This document shows positions 57,915 to 64,000 of a DNA stretch of 64,000 nt, piece by piece. Origin of the DNA: Bacillota bacterium. Its GTDB lineage: Bacteria; Bacillota; Clostridia; Christensenellales; CAMQZB01. Within the stretch, counting starts at the first letter, position 1, and each line of letters opens with the position of its first letter. The DNA lies in the NCBI GenBank assembly GCA_044426085.1, contig JAWXUU010000007.1, positions 27,412-91,411 of the forward strand, read 5' to 3'. Below the pieces are notes generated by a model that was given only the letters and a program-made list of their open reading frames with translations, was not told where the DNA came from and searched no databases. The position numbers and the translations under genes were made by a program.

Positions 57915-57957
57915 GAGCTTCAAAGCGAAGCCTGTTTTCAATGATTTTTAATTTTTA
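57915..57957. repeat. Heptamer-array / GC-hairpin element, copy C (degenerate), in the atpB-atpE spacer
   Basis: GAGCTTCAAAGCGAAGCCT (hairpin GCTTC aaagc GAAGC), then GTTTTC AATG ATTTTT AATTTTT. It runs into the atpB stop codon (57955-57957). Confidence 0.7.
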
Positions 57958-58629
57958 TTCCGAAACTTCTGCGATGAATGTTAGAGTTAGTGTTCCGAAG
58001 ATATACGATTGAATAACCGCGTGGAATATCGTGAACATAACTGATAGGAATGCCGGCAAAACGAGTGGAACGAAAGAATAAACTACTTCCATTATAAGCA
58101 TACCAGAAAGTATACTGCCGAAAAGTCTGAACGTCATAGAAACTGGCGTTAGGCATTCATCCATAAACCTTATTGGCGCTGCGATTGCAACTGGGTTGAA
58201 ATAATACTTCACCCTGCCAACTGGTCCATGCTTTTTGAGCCCGAAAAAGTGAATCAAAATAAACGTCATAAGCGCGAGTGCTAAACACGTGTTTATATCG
58301 GCCAGTGGACTTCTGATTCTGAAAAGTTCCACCAAAACGTTTACTGCGATAAAAATTACCACAGAGAAAATGTATGGGCCAAGAAATACACTCATCTTGT
58401 TTCCCACTGTGCCTTTTGCCATGTTATCAAATGCTGTGACGAACCATTCAACAAACACTTGGAAACCCTTTGGCACTGTTGTAAATTTTGGAAAGACAAT
58501 AAATCTGAATGCCAAAAGCAAAATCAAAAGTGCAAAAACTACGCATGTACATATTATGCTACTTTCTGATATTGATAAGCCAAACAGGTCGTATCTTTCT
58601 GGATAAATTTCACTTGCTATGTGTTCCAT
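57955..58629 (-). CDS. atpB: F0 ATP synthase a subunit
   Basis: 224 aa, multi-TM, with the conserved Arg helix context PVSMTFRLFGSILSG. Confidence 0.93.
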   Translation of the reverse strand: MEHIASEIYPERYDLFGLSISESSIICTCVVFALLILLLAFRFIVFPKFTTVPKGFQVFVEWFVTAFDNMAKGTVGNKMSVFLGPYIFSVVIFIAVNVLVELFRIRSPLADINTCLALALMTFILIHFFGLKKHGPVGRVKYYFNPVAIAAPIRFMDECLTPVSMTFRLFGSILSGMLIMEVVYSFVPLVLPAFLSVMFTIFHAVIQSYIFGTLTLTFIAEVSE

Positions 58630-58683
58630 ATCCCTCTCCTTAATTAAAAATTTATAACTCTTTTCGTTTTATTGCTTTTGCAA

Positions 58684-59565
58684 TTATAACAATACAAATT
58701 TATACTTGATAATGAATTTATCTTGCTTGTATGAAAGTTTGGAATTTCGAAGTCCAGTATCTCCCATATCTTCTTGGCGGTTAATATACTTGCAATCCGC
58801 AAAGCGTTTTTTTGAAAATTCTTGAACGATTTTCACGCCCGCACCAAAGATTTTTTTCGAAACCTTTTCGTACATTATGATTCCAATATCTCTTGCCTTG
58901 TATCCAATATCTATACCCACGATTTTATCTTTCACAATCAACACGTCGCAAAACAAGTCTAGCGCTTTGATGTTGTCAAGTGCAAGCACCATTGCATTGA
59001 TATCGCCTTCTTCTTCACCTTTTGTTTCCGACCATTCTTTAAGCAAGCCGATAACTTCTGCCCTATCTTCTTCTTGATATTCGCGAAGTTCACTTTTGAA
59101 ACGCTTTTCAAAGCTTTTCAGCATGTTTCGTTTTTGCAGTGAATAATCGCCCATGTTGATAAGCTTTTCTGGCCTATACAGATATTCAAATGTGTTTCTA
59201 TCACTGCTTGCGTAAAACATATATTTTCTCGCACTTGCGATGATATCGATTTTCACTTTATCTATGCCGTATATTTTCAACTGAATATCGCTTTTTTCGC
59301 AATACTTCACAAGCTTTTCAAAAGCTGGAAGAAATTCGTGTGGGTGCTTTACTATTGGTGGGAAAAATCCGATATTCCCTTCGTGATTAAACATCACATA
59401 TATTGTTCCGTTATCTATTGCCATTTTATAGTTATACTGTTTTGAAAAGCAATAAAGCACTTGGAAGACTCTTTCGTATCCGCAACAATTTTCGCAGAAC
59501 ATATCTTCATTCACCTTACTTTCAAACAGCTGTTTGTCTGAAATCTCAATTTCCCTAAAAGTCAT
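58684..59565 (-). CDS. DUF2156-type protein (aminoacyl-phosphatidylglycerol synthase C-terminal-like, GNAT fold)
   Basis: The family-typical C-terminal YINRQEDMGDTGLRNSKLSYKQ and the N-terminal isxxDkxLFe pattern. The second ATG (59565) has better AGAGG spacing than the ATG at 59571. Confidence 0.72.
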   Translation of the reverse strand: MTFREIEISDKQLFESKVNEDMFCENCCGYERVFQVLYCFSKQYNYKMAIDNGTIYVMFNHEGNIGFFPPIVKHPHEFLPAFEKLVKYCEKSDIQLKIYGIDKVKIDIIASARKYMFYASSDRNTFEYLYRPEKLINMGDYSLQKRNMLKSFEKRFKSELREYQEEDRAEVIGLLKEWSETKGEEEGDINAMVLALDNIKALDLFCDVLIVKDKIVGIDIGYKARDIGIIMYEKVSKKIFGAGVKIVQEFSKKRFADCKYINRQEDMGDTGLRNSKLSYKQDKFIIKYKFVLL

Positions 59566-59662
59566 ATACATTACCTCTATTATATTCTAGACCTATCTTT
59601 AAAAAAAATCAAACGTCTAGTACGCATTTTCAAAATTTTTTTTAATTTTATTATTGGAAAAT

Positions 59663-59702
59663 AAAAATAGGTTAAAGTTTTAACAACTTTAACCTATTTT
59701 TT
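59663..59702. terminator. Bidirectional terminator after the nucleoside-type ABC operon
   Basis: 12-bp stem TAGGTTAAAGTT / AACTTTAACCTA. A5 before and T6 after. Confidence 0.85.
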
Positions 59703-59856
59703 GTTTTATTAGCAAAATATTTAACCAATTTCAAATATTTAAATATCAAATCTGTAGAGTGATATTTAAATTGTGTATATTTTTATACCACCGTCTACTT
59801 TTGTTACACAATTCGTAGAAAATTCATATTGCACCGAAATTGGCGTGTTATCTCTT

Positions 59857-60819
59857 TTAACGCTTGCCTTGATCGTATGGGATACCGCATGATTTTGGAG
59901 CTTTTGAACTTCTAGAAGTGAATGCCAAAATGATTAGCGTTGTGATATAAGGAAGCATTTTATAAACCGCTGATGAAAGACCGAGCGATTGCATGAATGG
60001 GATTACTGAGTTGAATGACGCGAGTGTGTTCATAAACGCGAAGAAGACTGCAGCTGGGAAAACATATTTTGGTTTCCATTGACCGAAAATCAAAACGGCA
60101 AGTGCGAGGTACCCGTAGCCATTGACTGTGCCACTGAATGTTCCAACCGTAACGATGATAAGCATAAGACCGCCAAGTCCACCGAGCACACCGGAAATTG
60201 TTACGCCGGCATATCTCATTTTGTAAACGTTGATACCAACGCTGTCTGCTGCTTGCGGATGTTCGCCACATGCGCGAAGTCTTAATCCGAATTTTGTTTT
60301 ATAAAGCACTATCATAACTGCAATCCAAATTGCGATACCAACATAAACTGTGATATACGTGTTTTTGAAAAGCAAATCGCCAATCACGGGAATATCAGAA
60401 AGCGCAAGTGATTCACCCAAATAAAATGAGTTTGTGAATCGCACATTCTTACTTCCGATTATTGATCTTGACAAGAAAAGTGCAATTGCCGGAGCCATGA
60501 TATTAAGCGCTGTTCCGCCGATTGTTTGGTCGGCTTTCATGTTGATTGAAGCAAATGAAAGTAGCAGAGAATAAATACCACCGACTACTGCTGAAATCAA
60601 AAGCGCAATCACAAGCATAAGTTGTGGATTCATTGTTGATTCTGCACTTTGCATGACATAAATAAAGATTATTCCTGCAAACGCACCAACAACCATGATA
60701 CCTTCAAGAGCGATGTTAACAACACCACTTCTTTCGGAAAACATACCGCCAAGCGATACAACTGCTATTGCAACGGCTACCATTAATGTTTGTTGAAAAA
60801 TTAGATAGAACACGTCCAT
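59857..60819 (-). CDS. ABC transporter permease (BMP/nucleoside-type, NupQ/RnsD-like)
   Basis: 320 aa, about 8-9 TM helices. Sits in an operon with a duplicated-ATPase ABC protein. Confidence 0.9.
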   Translation of the reverse strand: MDVFYLIFQQTLMVAVAIAVVSLGGMFSERSGVVNIALEGIMVVGAFAGIIFIYVMQSAESTMNPQLMLVIALLISAVVGGIYSLLLSFASINMKADQTIGGTALNIMAPAIALFLSRSIIGSKNVRFTNSFYLGESLALSDIPVIGDLLFKNTYITVYVGIAIWIAVMIVLYKTKFGLRLRACGEHPQAADSVGINVYKMRYAGVTISGVLGGLGGLMLIIVTVGTFSGTVNGYGYLALAVLIFGQWKPKYVFPAAVFFAFMNTLASFNSVIPFMQSLGLSSAVYKMLPYITTLIILAFTSRSSKAPKSCGIPYDQGKR

Positions 60820-60820
60820 A

Positions 60821-62068
60821 CTACTCTACCTCCTTTTCGTTTTTTTCTTGCACAATATCGGAAATTTCTGGATTTTCTTTTTCCTGTGCAATTGGTTCTG
60901 CATTTATATTTTCTTGTTTTGAGCCTGCGATTTTCGCAATAAGTTTTGGAATAATGCCTTTGAATAGCAATGCGAATGCAGAGAAATAAATAACCACGCC
61001 CATGATAACTTGAATGATATCTGAAGAATATCCAACCGCTTGCAAATAGACACTGCCTTGTTGCAAGTGAGAGAAGAATATTGCGGCAAAGATTATTCCT
61101 ATCGGATTTGAAACACCCAAAAGTGCAACCGCGATACCATTGAAACCTTCAGAACGCATTGCGTTGATTGGTGAATAATAGTTGCCTGCTCCTGCTTGGA
61201 TTTCCATTGCTCCACCAAGACCTGCAAGCGCACCTGCGATTACCATTGAAAGAATGATTGTTCTTTTTTCGTTGATACCTGAATATCTTGCGGCTTCTTT
61301 GTTTGTTCCGCACGCTTTGAGTTCGTATCCAAGTGTTGTTTTGTTGAGCAACATATACATCGCAATTGCAATAACAGTTGCAATCACTATGCCTGAGTTG
61401 ATATATCCACCGCCAAAAAGAGTGTTCAAGCCCCATTTTGGAAGGTTTGCTGTGTCTGAAAGTGAGTATGTCCAACCGTAGTTAGAGTTGTACATGATTG
61501 GGTCTTTTATGATTATCATATCCACAAGATACATACAGATATAGTTTGTCATGATTGATGTGATAACTTCGTTAACGTTGAATATCGCTTTGAATATGCC
61601 TGGAATTGCACCCCAAAGCATACCGCCAACCATACCCGCAAGAAGGCACACAACCCAGCCTGCGTTCAAGTGATATGCGGCATAAAGTGAGAAGAACAAG
61701 CCCATTGTGAACTGACCCACTGCACCGATATTGAAAAGCCCTGTTTTGAATGCAAACCCAACAGAAAGACCTGTCATGATAAGCGGAACTGCAAAAAAGA
61801 GTGTGTTACCAACACCTTTAAGACCAAGTGCTGTTGCACCTCTCAAAAGGCTTTGGAAACCCGAAAATGCAACAGATGCATCAACGGCAAGCATAAATAG
61901 CAATCCGAAAATCAAACCACAAATTGCGGCGATAACTGATGCGAAAATACTTTGGAAAGTTCCACCCCTGACTGCTGATAAAAGTTTTGGTTCTTTATCA
62001 CCCGTTTTGCAAACTAGGCTTTTGCACCAAGCTTTGAAGCTGGCAAATATTGATTTTATCTTATTCAT
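60821..62068 (-). CDS. ABC transporter permease (BMP/nucleoside-type, NupP/RnsC-like)
   Basis: Multi-TM. Start at the ATG at 62068 (AGGAGG 5 nt upstream), overlapping the ATPase stop. Confidence 0.9.
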   Translation of the reverse strand: MNKIKSIFASFKAWCKSLVCKTGDKEPKLLSAVRGGTFQSIFASVIAAICGLIFGLLFMLAVDASVAFSGFQSLLRGATALGLKGVGNTLFFAVPLIMTGLSVGFAFKTGLFNIGAVGQFTMGLFFSLYAAYHLNAGWVVCLLAGMVGGMLWGAIPGIFKAIFNVNEVITSIMTNYICMYLVDMIIIKDPIMYNSNYGWTYSLSDTANLPKWGLNTLFGGGYINSGIVIATVIAIAMYMLLNKTTLGYELKACGTNKEAARYSGINEKRTIILSMVIAGALAGLGGAMEIQAGAGNYYSPINAMRSEGFNGIAVALLGVSNPIGIIFAAIFFSHLQQGSVYLQAVGYSSDIIQVIMGVVIYFSAFALLFKGIIPKLIAKIAGSKQENINAEPIAQEKENPEISDIVQEKNEKEVE

Positions 62069-63590
62069 GTTTGCCTCCTTCTGCTTTGCTTCCTGCCATA
62101 TAAAGACCAAGTTCTTTCACGTTTGTTTGTTTTGGATCAAGTTCAGCCACGATTTCGCCTTCGTACATGACTAGAATTCTATCAGATAGGTTCATAACTT
62201 CTTCAAGTTCAAGCGAAACAAGCAAAACACCTTTGCCCGCATCCCTATCTTCGATGATTCTGCTGTGGATATATTCTATTGCGCCGACGTCTAGTCCGCG
62301 AGTTGGTTGCACTGCGATAAGAACATCGTGGTCTTTTGAAACTTCACGGGCGATGATTGCCTTTTGTTGGTTACCACCCGACATGCTTCTTGCACGCGTG
62401 ATTGCACCTTGTCCACTTCGCACGTCGAATTTTTCAATCAAATCTTCGGCATACGCTTTTATTTTATCCCTTTGCAAGAATCCAAATTTTTGGAATTCCG
62501 ATTTGAAATAGTTTTGCATAACTATGTTTTCTGCAAGTGTGTTATCCAAAATTAGTCCGTATTTATGTCTGTCTTCAGGAATGTGGGAAAGTCCGTTTTC
62601 GTTCCTGAATCTTATTGATTTCTTTGTTATATCCTTGCCAGAAAGAACAACTTTGCCGGAAGATTGTTTTAAAAGACCTGTGAGCGCATATATGCATTCT
62701 GATTGACCGTTGCCTTCGATACCCGCAAGGCAGACAATTTCGCCTGCGCGCACATTGAAAGAAACTTTGTTTACTGCGTTTTTATGTGCTCTTGACGATG
62801 CAACTGTGAGGTTTTCAACTTCAAGCAACACTTCGCCAGGATTTGCGTCGGTTTTTGCCGCTGTAAGGCTTATGTCCCTTCCCACCATAAGGCGAGAAAG
62901 TTTGGCTTTTGTGACATCTTTGATATCGACAGTGCCCATGTATTTACCCTTTCTGAGAACTGTGCATCTATCTGCAACCGCCATGATTTCGTTTAGTTTA
63001 TGAGTGATGAATAGAATTGATTTACCCTCAGCCGCAAAACCGCGCATGATATCCATCAGTTCTTCAATTTCTTGCGGTGTTAGCACTGCTGTTGGTTCGT
63101 CAAAAATCAAAATTTCGTTTTCACGGTAAAGCATTTTCAAAATTTCAACACGCTGTTGCATACCAACTGAAATATCTTCGATAACTGCGTCTGGGTCGAC
63201 TGCGAGATTATATCTTTCGGAAATTTCAATAACTTTTGCTTTAGCTGTTGCTTTATCCAAAAATTTGTTTTTCATCGCTTCTGCGCCAAGCATGATGTTT
63301 TCAACTACGTCAAAATTATCAACAAGTTTGAAGTGTTGATGCACCATTCCTATGCCAAGTGCGTTTGCATCATTTGGGTTACTGATTTTGACAACTTCAC
63401 CATTTTTGAGTATTTCACCCTTTTCTGGTTGATAAAGACCAAAAAGAACGCTCATAAGGGTTGATTTTCCCGCACCGTTTTCACCAAGCAATGCATGAAT
63501 TTCACCTTTTTTGAGTTCTAGTGTGATATTGTCGTTAGCAATAATACCAGGAAACATCTTTGTGATATTTCTCATTTCAATTACATTCAT
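62061..63590 (-). CDS. ABC transporter ATP-binding protein with two fused ABC domains (RnsB/NupO-like)
   Basis: Two nucleotide-binding domains: GENGAGKST plus FDEPTAVL in the first, MSGGNQQK in the second. Confidence 0.95.
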   Translation of the reverse strand: MNVIEMRNITKMFPGIIANDNITLELKKGEIHALLGENGAGKSTLMSVLFGLYQPEKGEILKNGEVVKISNPNDANALGIGMVHQHFKLVDNFDVVENIMLGAEAMKNKFLDKATAKAKVIEISERYNLAVDPDAVIEDISVGMQQRVEILKMLYRENEILIFDEPTAVLTPQEIEELMDIMRGFAAEGKSILFITHKLNEIMAVADRCTVLRKGKYMGTVDIKDVTKAKLSRLMVGRDISLTAAKTDANPGEVLLEVENLTVASSRAHKNAVNKVSFNVRAGEIVCLAGIEGNGQSECIYALTGLLKQSSGKVVLSGKDITKKSIRFRNENGLSHIPEDRHKYGLILDNTLAENIVMQNYFKSEFQKFGFLQRDKIKAYAEDLIEKFDVRSGQGAITRARSMSGGNQQKAIIAREVSKDHDVLIAVQPTRGLDVGAIEYIHSRIIEDRDAGKGVLLVSLELEEVMNLSDRILVMYEGEIVAELDPKQTNVKELGLYMAGSKAEGGKHE

Positions 63591-63726
63591 AATAATCCGC
63601 CTATTATTTTTTCATAAGTTTTTGATAGTTTACCCAAGAATTATACTATAAAATCTCGTTTTTTGCAATAGTAGTTGACGATTTTTTTAAATTCTTTTGC
63701 CATTTTTTTATTATTTACCTTTTTAA

Positions 63727-63770
63727 TAAAAAAGAACGTGGCTTTTTATAAGCCACGTTGCATTTTTTTA
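63727..63770 (-). terminator. Terminator between the binding-protein gene and the ABC ATPase gene
   Basis: Stem AACGTGGCT / AGCCACGTT, with A/T runs on both sides. Confidence 0.8.
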
Positions 63771-63785
63771 TTTTAAATTTTTAGA

Positions 63786-64000
63786 TTAGTTCCACAATGT
63801 TACGTTAGAGTTTGTGAGACCAAGTGCTGAAATGAATGCTGCTGTGTCGCCTGCTGTTGCTGCGTCGTTTGCATCAGCTGAAACGATAACTGTTGCTGCT
63901 TTTGTTGCTGCAAGAGCTGTATCGTAATCTGCATCAGTTACATTTTCAAATTTAGAATTTTCGTATGGAATACCAACCATGTCTTCCAAGATACCAACTT
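63786..64000 (-). CDS. C-terminal fragment of a probable BMP-family substrate-binding protein (runs off the window)
   Basis: The frame is open to the window edge. The assignment rests mainly on its position upstream of the BMP-type ABC genes. The Ala/Thr-rich C-terminal tail is not typical of the family. Confidence 0.45.
   Translation of the reverse strand, partial: VGILEDMVGIPYENSKFENVTDADYDTALAATKAATVIVSADANDAATAGDTAAFISALGLTNSNVTLWN

Overview
This is a 64-kb chromosomal segment from an AT-rich, low-GC Bacillota (Clostridia-like) genome. A clear spo0A gene supports that placement. Almost all of it is tightly packed core metabolism, mostly on the minus strand. In window order it holds: a 5'-truncated pyruvate:ferredoxin oxidoreductase; a DEDDh exonuclease/BRCT protein and proS; a polar amino-acid ABC transporter; purB-purA; a complete his operon (hisZGDCBHAFIE, with hisI and hisE unfused); purC-purF; an SNF transporter/DJ-1/MBL-hydrolase string; a GPH transporter/PIG-L deacetylase pair; a TPP riboswitch with thiT; a long co-directional string (ruvX, DUF1292, large zinc-ribbon/coiled-coil protein, P-type ATPase, nfeD, floA, yqfB-like); a Fe-S aldo/keto reductase; a large NHL/SH3b surface protein and an aldose epimerase; a SipW-type signal peptidase; ttcA; a DUF368 membrane protein; thiI, a cysteine desulfurase and mutS2; spo0A; an aconitase-family hydratase; an F-type ATP synthase operon (atpBEFHAGDC) preceded by a DUF2156 gene; and a BMP/nucleoside-type ABC transporter. 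I found no tRNA or rRNA genes, no transposase or integrase, no CRISPR array and no recognisable defence island. I cannot point to a clear-cut novel multi-gene system. The best second-look items are: (1) a dispersed intergenic element family made of (AATTTTT)n heptamer arrays plus a small GC hairpin, at three loci, one of them inside the atp operon; (2) an ATP synthase delta subunit reduced to its C-terminal ~73 aa; (3) a 625-aa protein with a zinc-ribbon/helical N-terminus, a coiled coil, an acidic tract and an FtsK-gamma-like tail, translationally coupled to a P-type ATPase with a non-canonical TM4 motif; (4) repeated GATAAAG sites flanking the his promoter; (5) a compound GG(TTTG)nTT microsatellite. 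All functional calls come from motif and family recognition by eye. No database search was run.
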